Assembly (NCBI GenBank): GCA_963847625.1
Contig: CAWKAR010000049.1
Span: 32,001-96,000, forward strand
DNA from: a candidate division FCPU426 bacterium
Lineage (GTDB): Bacteria > Oederibacteriota > Muellerivitia > Muellerivitales > Muellerivitaceae
Direction: 5' to 3'
Length of the DNA: 64,000 bases
Positions 9,584 to 20,100 of this stretch are shown one piece after another. Under the pieces are notes generated by a model, which had not been told where the DNA came from, searched no databases, and saw only the letters and a list, made by a program, of their open reading frames with translations. Each line of letters begins with the position of its first letter. Within the stretch, counting starts at the first letter, position 1. Both the position numbers and the translations under genes were made by a program.

Positions 9584-11779
9584 ATGGCTCCTTTTTTTAA
9601 GAAAAAGGGGGGGATGATCTTGGGTTTTGACCTAAGGAAAATGAGTTTTTCCGGGAATACCTGGTATTATTTTTTATTATTTTTAATTTCAAATATAATC
9701 CTTTCCAGCCAAGGTTTTTCTATCCCTGTCAAGGCCGCTGTTTTATTTTTAGGGATTTTCTTGCCTCTCTTCTTGGCCGTCCGAAACCTTCCTGAAAACT
9801 CAAAGTCCCTTTCTCCGCTGGTCGGCGAGGAATTCCTCCCGCCAGTTCCATTTTGGCTGTGGGTCGTTCTCGGCTTGGCGGTGGTTTTCATTCGCCTTTA
9901 TAAACTCGAAACATTTTTCCTTTGGCCCACTTATGACGAGGGATTAATGGGAATTCATTCCATCGGGTTAAGCGAAAAATGGAATTGGACTTTTTTTTAC
10001 ACGATGGTTCAAATCCCGCCTACTTTGGTTTGGGCCCTGAGTTTTTTCCTCCGTTTTTTAAAATCCCCGTCCTTGGATTTAAGGTTATTACCGGCCCTGG
10101 TTTCCATAGCCGTGCTTCCATTGGGTTATTTGGTATTAAGGTCTTATTTTTCCAAATCATTCAGTTTTGTCGGAATATGTCTTATCACCTTTAGCCTGTG
10201 GTCTTTTGGTTGCGGCCGATGGTGTCATACCGGAATATTGATTACACCTTGGGAAATGATTTGCCTTTTTCTCATGGTGGCCTTTTTAAAAGAGAAAGAT
10301 TTGCCCAAAAAGCGGATTTGGGGAGCGATTTTGGGTTTCGTGACCGGTCTTGGCCCTTATACGTTTCACAGCTGGGTTTTCCCCGCTTTTCTGATAGTGA
10401 TCGGGGCTTTTGGCGGTTCTTTTCAACGTCCCTTCAAGAACCGGGATTATATCCCCTGGTTTCTCGCGTTTTTCCTCGCGGCCTTGACGCCATACTTCAT
10501 CGCCGCTTGGCGGGAAAATTTTAACGCTTTTTCCAGGGTTGTTTACGGTTTGAGCGGCGGGGTTCTCCTCAAAGACCGGTTTCAAGTGGCTTTCTCGTAT
10601 TTTTCCACCTTGTTCTGGGGGGCGTTAAGCGGCGTCAGGGTTTGGAATTCGGATAACTGGGAAAGATTCAATCCGCTTTGGGGCGCAGCTTTCTTCCTGG
10701 GAATGATTCAAATGGTTAAACACCGCGCCCAGCGGATGGTTCAGTGGCTGGGCCTGGCCCTGATTATTTGTTTTTTTCCGGGTTTGATTTCCCCCTATGT
10801 CGAAACATTCAGGATTCTTCCGATCCTTCCTTTCCTGCTGTTGGTCACGGCCTGGGGTTTAGGAAGCCTTTTAATGAAAGTGTCCAAGGATCGGCGAATC
10901 CTCTTATTATCGGTTTTTTTGGCCGTTTCCGCCGGAATCGATGGCAACCGGGTTATAAAAATCTACGGTTTGCCGATGGACTTCGCGGGAAATCCGGAAA
11001 CCAGCGCGCCGGTGGAAAACCTGCGGGCTTATCGGATTTTGAAGGAAATCCGCCGCCAGGCGGGGGACGGGCTGATTTTTACCGAATTCTTCCAAGACGC
11101 GCATGTAAGACCTTTTGTCATGACTTATGATATCAATGCCGCTGAAAATCCCCGGTTGGACGCGCGCGCCGCCAAGTGGGCGGCTGTTTTGCTGGATAGT
11201 CACTACAAACCTTTTTTGTCGAAAAAATTTCCCGAGGCTCATTGGTACCCGCTTGGGTGGGACCTGCCGGATGAAAGAAATATCACGTTGGGAGTCATCC
11301 CCGTCCAGGAAAGGAACAAAGAAACCTTGGGACGATGGATTCAAGCCCATCACTACTTCCGTCAATTAGACCTTCTTTTCGGTAATATCGGCGGGTCCCG
11401 AAGCTACGCATTGGCGGAAAAAACCCTCGATCAGCGGCCATCTTTCTTGAATGATGACCGGTTTTTGGAATCGTGTTATTGGGAGTTGCACGCCGAGTTT
11501 TATTATCGGTATAACTATCAAAACCATTATGAAGACATGCTTTTTGATTTGCGGCAAGCCATCGAAAAAGGCTATCCTTCCGCTCATTTGTATTACAAAT
11601 CGGGGAGTTTGCTTTTAAGAAAAAGCCGTTTCGTCCAATCCCGTGAGGCGTTTCAAGGGGCATTGCGCGAGGAACCTCATTACGCCCAGGCTTTGGACGC
11701 ATTGTCGATTTTGGACCGGCTGGAAAAACAAAAAAACGCAGGGAGTCCTGATCAAACCGCGAAAACCGGCTTGGAATAG
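9584..11779 (+). CDS. GT-C (ArnT/PMT-like) membrane glycosyltransferase with C-terminal TPR-like repeat, paralog 1
   Basis: Many TM segments, first-loop WPTYDEG motif, C-terminal AHLYYKSGSLLL...FQGALREEPHY. The start may be ATG 9614. Confidence 0.65.
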   Translation: MAPFFKKKGGMILGFDLRKMSFSGNTWYYFLLFLISNIILSSQGFSIPVKAAVLFLGIFLPLFLAVRNLPENSKSLSPLVGEEFLPPVPFWLWVVLGLAVVFIRLYKLETFFLWPTYDEGLMGIHSIGLSEKWNWTFFYTMVQIPPTLVWALSFFLRFLKSPSLDLRLLPALVSIAVLPLGYLVLRSYFSKSFSFVGICLITFSLWSFGCGRWCHTGILITPWEMICLFLMVAFLKEKDLPKKRIWGAILGFVTGLGPYTFHSWVFPAFLIVIGAFGGSFQRPFKNRDYIPWFLAFFLAALTPYFIAAWRENFNAFSRVVYGLSGGVLLKDRFQVAFSYFSTLFWGALSGVRVWNSDNWERFNPLWGAAFFLGMIQMVKHRAQRMVQWLGLALIICFFPGLISPYVETFRILPILPFLLLVTAWGLGSLLMKVSKDRRILLLSVFLAVSAGIDGNRVIKIYGLPMDFAGNPETSAPVENLRAYRILKEIRRQAGDGLIFTEFFQDAHVRPFVMTYDINAAENPRLDARAAKWAAVLLDSHYKPFLSKKFPEAHWYPLGWDLPDERNITLGVIPVQERNKETLGRWIQAHHYFRQLDLLFGNIGGSRSYALAEKTLDQRPSFLNDDRFLESCYWELHAEFYYRYNYQNHYEDMLFDLRQAIEKGYPSAHLYYKSGSLLLRKSRFVQSREAFQGALREEPHYAQALDALSILDRLEKQKNAGSPDQTAKTGLE

Positions 11780-11806
11780 GTTTGGCCGTTTTTCCCCACG
11801 CGTTTT

Positions 11807-14008
11807 TTGGTTGAAGCGTCAAACACGATTCGGCTAATGCTGTTCAACCGGTCGTATTTTTCAAAGAAGAGGGTTATTTTGAAGATGGAACTAAGGAAAA
11901 TGAGTTCCCGCTGGAGTCCTTGGAATTATTTTTTTCTCTTTTTATTTTCGAATATTATCCTTTCCAGCCAGAGCGTTTCTCTCACGATTAAAACCGCCGT
12001 TTTTATTTTTGGGATCGTTTTTCCGGTCCTATTATCCATCCGAAACTTTCCCGAAAGTTCAACGCCCCTTTCCCCGCTGACTGACGAGGAATTCCTCCCC
12101 CCCGTCCCTGCCTGGCTATGGGTCGTTCTCGGCTTAACGGCGGTTTTTATCCATTTTTACAAACTGGAAAGCCTTTACGCCTGGCCCAATGGCGACGAGG
12201 GTTCCGTCGGTTTGTATGCCATTGGATTAACCGAAAAGTGGAATTGGAAGTTTTTTTACATGCCCGACCAGATCCCCCCCTTTTTAATTTGGGTCACGAG
12301 TTTCTTTTTTCGATTTCTCAAACCTCCGTTATTGGGTCTGTGGCTTTTTCCCGCTTTGGTTTCAATCACCGTTATTCCCTTGAGCTACCTTGCGTTTCGG
12401 TCTTATTTCTCGAAATCGTTCAGTTTTTTGGGCGTTTGCCTCACGGCTTTTAGTTTATGGCTTTTTGACTGTGGCCGTTGGTGTCAACCGGGAATACTGT
12501 TACCGCCTTGGGAATTGATTTTATTTTTCCTGATGGCCAGGTTCTTGGGAGAAAAAGACCCGGCCCCCGGTAAAAAACTGGCGGCTCTTCTTGGCTTCGT
12601 CCTGGGGTTGGGGTATTTCACTTTTCCTTGTTGGCCCTTCGTGGTGCTGTTGATTGGCTTGACCTTTTTGGCCCGGGTCTATACCAAACCCGGGAAAAAA
12701 CTCGGCTTTCTTTTGCATTTCTCCATCTGTTTTTCCCTCGCTTTCATTCCTTTCTTGGCGGCGGTTTGGAAGGAAGGTTACGCCTCCACCAGGCTGGTGG
12801 TCGCTGCCTTCGGCGTTGGGGCTTCCCCTTTCCAGCGGGTCTTGGCCGCGCTGTCTTATTTTTCGTCCTTGTTTTGGGGGCCTCTGAAGGGTATCAGGTT
12901 TTATAGCCCTGGAAATTTCGAAAGATTAAACCCTGTCTTGGGGGCGGTTTTTTTTGTGGGGCTGGTCCAAATGATCAGGTACCGTTCACATAAAATCGTA
13001 AGATGGGTGTTTTGGGCCTCGATCATCGTGACCCTTCCCGCTTGGCTTTCCATGTATGTGGAAATGTTGAGGATTATTTCCGTTCTTCCTTTTTTACTGA
13101 TAGTGGCTTCTTGGGGATTTTTTGGCCTTTTAAAAAAGATCCCGGATAAAAGAAGATTGGTTGTTTTTCTGCTCTTATTGACGGCAGGCCTGGTCCTGGA
13201 TGGGTTTCGGGTCTTTAAGCTTCACCCGGGGTCCTCGGGTTCCTTGCTGGAATTATCCAATCCCAACTTTTCGCCTGTCAGCCGGACCATCTATGGGGTC
13301 TTAAAGGAAATCTCGGAAAAGATGGGAACGGGGTTGATCTTTACCGAGTTCAAGCCGGAAATGGGAGATCCGACGCCTTTTGTCACGACTTATTCCTTCA
13401 ATGCCGCTGAAAATCCCCGGTTGATTCCAGGGAACGCCCATTGGGCGGCGGTGGTCACCAATGTCCATTTTCAGCGGTTTCTTTCGGCCCGGTTCCCGGA
13501 AGCGCGATGGTATTGGCTGGGCCGCGGTTTGCCCCAGGACAACGAAACCCTGCTTGGGATTTTGCCGGTCAACGAGGACTCCCGGGAAACTTTCAAGCGG
13601 TGGATCCAAGCGCATCATTACTTCCGCAAATTGACCGAAGACCTTGATAACATCAATGGGCACCCGACTTACGTCGTAGCCCTGAATGACTTCATCCAAA
13701 AACCGATCTGGATCAGCGAGGATCGGTTCCTGGAATCCTGCTATTGGGAAAAAATAGGGGAATTTTATTATCAATTCGGTTTTCAATCCCATTACGGGGA
13801 TCTCACAAATGCTTTGGGGCAGGCTATCGAAAAAGGATATCCGGCCGCGCACTTATATTACAAACTTGGAAGTTTGCTTCTTCGGAAGAAAAATTTTTCC
13901 GGAGCTAAAAAAAACTACGAGGCTGCTTTGCGTTTGGAACCCCATTATCCCGCCGTGCTGAGCGCCCTGGAAGTCCTGAAGAATATGGAAAAACGGGGGA
14001 AAGAATGA
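11807..14008 (+). CDS. GT-C (ArnT/PMT-like) membrane glycosyltransferase with C-terminal TPR-like repeat, paralog 2
   Basis: Colinear with paralog 1 (EEFLPPVP, WPNGDEG, NAAENPRL, DRFLESCYWE). The start is probably ATG 11885. Confidence 0.65.
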   Translation: MVEASNTIRLMLFNRSYFSKKRVILKMELRKMSSRWSPWNYFFLFLFSNIILSSQSVSLTIKTAVFIFGIVFPVLLSIRNFPESSTPLSPLTDEEFLPPVPAWLWVVLGLTAVFIHFYKLESLYAWPNGDEGSVGLYAIGLTEKWNWKFFYMPDQIPPFLIWVTSFFFRFLKPPLLGLWLFPALVSITVIPLSYLAFRSYFSKSFSFLGVCLTAFSLWLFDCGRWCQPGILLPPWELILFFLMARFLGEKDPAPGKKLAALLGFVLGLGYFTFPCWPFVVLLIGLTFLARVYTKPGKKLGFLLHFSICFSLAFIPFLAAVWKEGYASTRLVVAAFGVGASPFQRVLAALSYFSSLFWGPLKGIRFYSPGNFERLNPVLGAVFFVGLVQMIRYRSHKIVRWVFWASIIVTLPAWLSMYVEMLRIISVLPFLLIVASWGFFGLLKKIPDKRRLVVFLLLLTAGLVLDGFRVFKLHPGSSGSLLELSNPNFSPVSRTIYGVLKEISEKMGTGLIFTEFKPEMGDPTPFVTTYSFNAAENPRLIPGNAHWAAVVTNVHFQRFLSARFPEARWYWLGRGLPQDNETLLGILPVNEDSRETFKRWIQAHHYFRKLTEDLDNINGHPTYVVALNDFIQKPIWISEDRFLESCYWEKIGEFYYQFGFQSHYGDLTNALGQAIEKGYPAAHLYYKLGSLLLRKKNFSGAKKNYEAALRLEPHYPAVLSALEVLKNMEKRGKE

Positions 14009-14081
14009 GAATAAAGACGTTTAGAATTTTGGGGCAAAACCGGGGCCCTTTCCTGCGGGAAAAGGGGTGAACCCGGCCGGT

Positions 14082-15191
14082 TCATCCCAGGGGCCGGTTT
14101 TTCAATCCGAACATCTTTCGGATTTTCATATTCACCGGCAACTCAAAAAAATGGTAGGAAGCCGCCGAGAAAGCGGTTGTCACGGCGGCGAACAATCCAA
14201 AAGCCGCCAGGACTTCCATGCGAGCCATCACGGGATAAAGGCAATAAAACATCACCGCTTGGAACAGGTAATTCCCATAACTGTACTTGCCCGGCCAGGA
14301 TAAAACCCTCAGGTATTTCGACTCGAAAAAAGGGACATGAAGGCCACCCAGCAGGAATAAGAAGGAACTCAGGGCGATGAAAGTCGGCCCGTAAATCAGG
14401 TTGACGCGGCTTTCATAACCCGCCGCGCCGTAGGTCACCAGCAAAATGAGCGCGCCCGAAAGGCAGAGGAAACCGCTGGCCCATTTCTGTTTCCCGAGCA
14501 GATCCCCGTATTTCCTCGCCGCCAGGTAAAGCAAGGCTCCAAACGCGATCTGGTCGAACGCCCCGAAGGATACTTTCATGGACCATGCCGCGCTTCCCAC
14601 TCCCGCGAAATAGACCCCAAGGCGCCATAAAATCCCGAAACCGATGACGCCCCCCGTGAACAGCGCCAATCGCGCTTCCTTTCCCAGCCGTTTCAACAGC
14701 GGGGGGTAAAAAAGGTAAAATTGCTCCTCCACCGACAGGGACCACAACACGCCCCAATGAAGGCCCGGGAAATTCGCGGGGAAAAAGGCCTGGAACCAAT
14801 TGTAGGAAAAGGTCAATATTGAAAGCCAAAAGAGGAAATCGAATTTCATGCCGGTCGTCTTGAAACAATAAAGGAACCTCTTGGAAGGCTCGGGCAAAAG
14901 GAAGGTAAAGAGAACGCCGAGGGCGATCGTCAAAAACAGCAGGGGGAAAATCCTCGCCACCCGGCGGACGTAAAACTCCTTGAACCGGGGCTTGAACAAC
15001 TCTTCCCTTTCTCCGTCAATCAACCGAGTGATCAGGAAACCTGAAATGACGAAAAAAACGCAGACTCCATAAGTGCCGTTTTTCAGGGCCGGCTGCCAGA
15101 GCCATTGAAATGCGGGGCCCGCCGCCCGCATTCCGGCCATGTGCGTGGCCATCACCGAAAGGATGGAAAAGGTCCTGGCCAAGTCGACCAC
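14082..15191 (-). CDS. Acyltransferase-3 (OafA-like) membrane O-acyltransferase
   Basis: GVCVFFVISGFLIT, FYVRRVARIFPL, LWSLSVEEQFY, SYHFFELP. Confidence 0.92.
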   Translation of the reverse strand: MVDLARTFSILSVMATHMAGMRAAGPAFQWLWQPALKNGTYGVCVFFVISGFLITRLIDGEREELFKPRFKEFYVRRVARIFPLLFLTIALGVLFTFLLPEPSKRFLYCFKTTGMKFDFLFWLSILTFSYNWFQAFFPANFPGLHWGVLWSLSVEEQFYLFYPPLLKRLGKEARLALFTGGVIGFGILWRLGVYFAGVGSAAWSMKVSFGAFDQIAFGALLYLAARKYGDLLGKQKWASGFLCLSGALILLVTYGAAGYESRVNLIYGPTFIALSSFLFLLGGLHVPFFESKYLRVLSWPGKYSYGNYLFQAVMFYCLYPVMARMEVLAAFGLFAAVTTAFSAASYHFFELPVNMKIRKMFGLKNRPLG

Positions 15192-15291
15192 TTGAATTTT
15201 TTTCGAGGAAAGTGAAATATTTTTGCCCTTTAGCCCGACTTTCCCGCTTGAAAAAGTTAGCGGACGTGGTTGGACCGGGATGGAGGGGATT

Positions 15292-17192
15292 TTATTTCAA
15301 GGGGGCGGGCTGCACCCTTTGGACCACCTTGTCGCTTTCCGAACCGTCGGCGGTCACGGAGGTGACTGCGAAATAATAGGTCTTGCCGTTTTTTAAATCT
15401 TTCAAAAGCGCCTGGGAGGCGGTCTGGGGGAACTTGGTCACGCGCTTGAAATTCGTGCCGTCGTCGGAAACGTACAGGTTATATCCCATCGCGCCGTCCA
15501 CCGCGTTCCAGGTCAGCCTCGCGAAGGTATCACCGCCCTCAATCTTGAATTCGGAAGGGATCTTGGGTTTATTGGGGGAAACCTGCGCCGGGGGAGGAGA
15601 CTCTGGTCTTGCCATATCGGAAAGCCTGAGGGCCAGGATCGCGCTCAAGGGGCTTTCCGCGCCCTCCGTAGTGACGGCCGTGACCGCGAATCGGTAGCTT
15701 TTGTCCGGATCGATTTTCATCAGGATCAATTTGGTATCCAAGATCGGGCGGGCCGTCAGCTTTTGCGCTGGTTTTCCCTGGTCATCCGCCAGGTAAAGGT
15801 TATAACCGGCGATATTTCCCGACAGCGCCTTGCCCCAATCCAGTTGGACCCCTTCCCCGACAGGGGTGGCCTTGAGGCCCGTCGGGGGTGATAGGGCCGG
15901 GCCGGCCGCGGCGGCACCGGGTACGACGGTCAATTTCGTCATGGAACTCTCGCGGCCCGCCGCGCTCACCGAAACCACCCCGAAGGCGTATTCCTGCCCG
16001 TTTTTGAGGTTCTTGAGTTTGAGGATCGTGTCGTTCAGGGGCCGGGCCGTAATGCGGGAATAGGACTGGGTTCCGGGTTTTTTCAAGTACAGTTGGTAAC
16101 CCAGCAGGTCCTTTTGGTGGACCGCGTTCCAGGAGAGGACCACCCCCCGGTCGAAAATCCTGGCCTGGAGGCCCGCCGGGGCGCGCAGGCCTTCCTCCCC
16201 TTCCGCCCCGAAGCGCAAGATCAGGGAGAACCGGTGGGTGTTGCCCAAGGTGTTGAGGGGCGTGAAGGCATAATCGAACTGCATGAACTTGAGGTTCACC
16301 CCGATCCCGGCGGTGGGGTACTGCTGGTCCGTGTCCCCCGTGAAACCCGCGCGCAAGGCCAGGGTCTTGTCGAACCAGTACTCCGCGCCGACAGCCCCGG
16401 AATAGCTTTGGGCCCCGATCTGGTAGGAATTGTCCAGGGCTAAAAGCAGGGTGTGTTTGGGGGTGTCCACGATCCGGCAGGCCAAGCCCAACCGGCCCGA
16501 GGTGGGCAGGGGATCCCCCGCCGATACGAACTCAACCTGCTGGCCGACGTTGAAGATTCCCGCGCCCACGCTGAAGCCGCCTCCGGGCGTGAGCAGTATC
16601 CCGAAATCCCCGCCCATGGCCTGGGCGTTGAAGCCCGCGATGTTCCTGAGGATGTATTTTCCGGTCACGCCGAAGGAAATCACGTTATGGATCCGGAAGG
16701 CGAGGGAGGCCGAGAGGGCGTTGTCCGCGGCCGAGACCGCGGGCGAAAGCCCGTTGGTGCTGTCGAAGGGGGGAACGCCCAGGTTGACGCAGCCCAGCCC
16801 TAAGCCAAAAGCATTCTCGCCCGCCGGGATGGGCAGGGCGATTCCGCCGAAGTTGTAGGCGATGTCGCTCAGGTAAAGCATGTGCAGGTAGCCGACTTCC
16901 ATATGCTCCATGACGGCCAGGCCCGCCGGGTTCCAGGTAAGCGCGTTCACGTCGTCGGCGACCGCCGTAAAGGCCCCCCCATTCCCTGGCTCCGGGCCCC
17001 GGCGTCGATGGACAGGAAGTCCGCGCCGGATGTCAGTTGTTGGGCCGGTGCCTCCCCTGGCCAGTTGAGCAAGAATGTAAAAGCCGCTAGGAGTGCCCAT
17101 AGGGTGATCGAGGGGTTGGCGGGAGGCGGTTGGCAGTTCGCAGTTTTTAACCGCGAACCGCGAACCGTGGACTGTGAACAATTGTTTATCAT
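15292..17192 (-). pseudogene. PorV/PorQ-family outer-membrane barrel with C-terminal FN3 domains, frameshifted at a G7 tract
   Basis: ORF 16947-17192 carries a signal peptide and GADFLSIDAGARSQGMG; another frame continues GAFTAVADDVNALTWNPAGL...DYAF...GNTHRFSL plus about 3 FN3 repeats. The frames join at C7 (16974-16980), which needs 8. Could be an assembly error. Confidence 0.8.
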
Positions 17193-20100
17193 TTCACCAC
17201 CGCTACTTTCAGGATCTGGTGGAACAAGCCTGACTTGATCTCGATGAGGTAGATGCCCGAGGCTACGACGTTGCCGTTTTTATCCTTCATGTCCCAAGAG
17301 GTTTTTTCCGCCGTGCCGGCCGTGGCGGGCGGGACTGAGAGAGAACGGATCAACCTCCCCGCGATGTTATAAATGTTGAGTTCCACGGACCCGCTGGAAG
17401 GAACCTCGTAGGATATGCCCAGGGTCTGCCCCAAGAGAGGCCGGACCAGGTTGGCGTCGAAGACCATCTGGCCGGATTTTACCGTCACCACCGTCGGGGG
17501 GGGCTTGAGGGTGGTCGCGTAGGCGTGGTTGGAATTGGAACTGGTCCCCACGGGGACGGAATAAACCGCCCGGGCCACGTAGAAATAAGTGACTCCGACA
17601 CTCAAACCGGTGTTGTTGAACACCGTGACGGGCGCGAAGGCGGTGTTGTAAAGGGTGGTCACGGGGGTGGTGAGGGTCGCGCCGAAGGAATTGGTCCGGT
17701 AGATGGCGTAACCCGTCACGATTCGGCCCAGGTCGTTGGCGGGGGTCCAGGTAAGCTGGATGGTATTGGTTCCCGTGCCCTTGGCGGCCAGGTTTGTGGG
17801 GGGATTGAGGTTGTTTTGGCTGCTGGCGGCCGTGACCGTCACGGCAACGCTCTCGTGCACGCCCGGAAGGGCCTGTCCCGTCTCGTCGATGGCAGTGACC
17901 GTGAAGGTGACGGAAACCCCGTTGGTGCTGGGGACCAGCCACCAGGTTTGGGCCGTCAGGACGGTCGTCGGGGTCCCGCCGGAGGAAATGACAACCTGGT
18001 ACTCGGAAACGGGCAGGCTTCCGCCCGAGGGCGGCGCGGCGGGGGCCCAATCGATGAGGATTTGTTCGTCACCCGGCAAGGGGGTCAAGCCCGTCGGGGC
18101 GGGGGGCGGATTGGAAGCCCCGTCCAGGATTTCCGTTGAGGGAGGACCCTCATGGCCCACGGCATCGAGGGCTTCCACCTCGTAGCCGTAAAGCTGGCCC
18201 AACGCCACGGTGCTGTCAATCAAAGATGAAACGCCCGAACCCACGACCGTCAGGGGCGAGGCCGGGTTATAGGTTCCCGAAGAGTTTCGGCGATATATCG
18301 CGTATCCGGTAACGGTGAAGGAACTGGTGGCCGGGGCGGACCAGGAGAGCGTGACTTCGGTGTTGCTGGAGGCGGAGGTGACCGCGGGAGGGCTTAAGGC
18401 AAATGGATAGCCCGTCACCGGGGCCGAGGGGCCCAGGCTGGTCACGCTGTTCGCGTTGACGGCGTAAACGAGGTACACGAAGGTGGAACCGTCGGCGGCG
18501 GGGCTGTCCACGTAGGTCACTGGTACGTTCGCCGCCGTCACGGAGCTGGAGACGGCCGTCAGGGGGCCCGCGTTGCGGGTGATGACATACTGGTTCACGT
18601 TCACGGTGTCCAACGGGCCGTTGGTGAGCCAATGCAGGGTGACCGCGTTGTCGCCGTCGGATTCCCTGAGGCCCGTGGGCGCGTTGGGCGGACGGGCGGC
18701 CGTGGTGAAGACCGTGGCGCTGGCGCTGTGGCAAAGGCCCCCCACGTTGTCGACAGAAACAAGGTAATAATAATATTTGGTTCCATTCGTCACCGGGGCG
18801 TCGGTGTAGGTGCCGCCGGTTGGAACCGTGGCGAGGAGAGTGTAACCGGTGAATTGGGACGTACTGCGGTACAGCTGGTAGCCGGTCACCGGGGCCCCGA
18901 CCACAGGGTCCAACCAGGTGACTGCCACCAGGGCGTTCTGGCCCTGGGCCGAGAGGCTGCTGGGCGGATTGATATTTCCCGTGCTCGGCATGCCCGTGAC
19001 CAAGGCGGAATTAGCGCTGATGTGGAGCCCGCTGACGATCCCGGAGGTGTCCTCGGACACCAGCCAATAGGTGTAAGTGGTGAGATCCGCCAGGCCCATG
19101 TCGACGAAACCCGTGATGGTGGAGTTGACCGTGGCGACCAGGATCGTCACCCCGCTGCCGACCGCGGTGCGGTAAATTTGGTACGCTCCGATGGGAAGGG
19201 TGCCCGGCGATCCAGGCAGCCAGGTGATCTGGACTTCCTGGTCCCCGGCATAGAGGGCCACGCTTACCGGCGCGCCAGGCTGGACCAGGGGCTGGGCGGA
19301 AACCGGGGCCGTCTGGGCGCTCAAGTTACCCTGCACGTCCACCGTCTGCAGGGCATAGGTGTAGGTCGTCCCGTTCGTGACCGCGTTATCGGTGTATGCC
19401 GCGGCCGTGTAAGGCAGGAAGGTGAGCGGCGCCCCGGTCAAGGTGACCGAGTTGGAACGGAAAACGTCGTAGCCGGACACCGGGTAGGTGGTGGCGGCGG
19501 GGGCGGTCCAGGACAGCGCCACCTGGTTGTTCCCGGCGGTGGCGGCCAGGAAAACCGGCGGGTTGGGTTGGCGGAAAGCCGTGACCGGCGCGGCCAGGGC
19601 CGTGTTGAGGGGGCTCATGAGGCCGCCCAGCTCGGCCTCCACCAGGTAATAGTAGGCCGTCCCGTCCGCCGCGGTCGTGTCCACAAAAGTGGTGCTGGTG
19701 GAGGGAACGCTGGTGATGGGGGTGTAGGCGGCGGTGGCCGGGCCGCTTCCCGTAATGGGCCCGTTCGCGCGGTAGATATTGTACCCGGTGATGGCCTGGA
19801 TGGCCGGGTTGGCGGCCCAGGTGAGGCTGACCGCGGCCTGGGTGGGGCTGACGCCGGACTGGGCCAAGAGGCTGGCCGGGGAGGATGGCCCGATGAGGAT
19901 GGTGATGGAATTGGAAGCGGGGCCTTCCCCGGTGGGGTTGGTGGCGGAAATCTGGAAGGAATAGGTCTGGCCGAATTGGACGGGCCATTGGAACGTGACG
20001 GGCATGGCGAAACCCGCCGTGACCGGCACGGCCTGGATCGAGACGGATTGGTTGTAATTCAGTTGGCGGTAGATGTTGTATTTCGCCACGTCGCCGGCGC

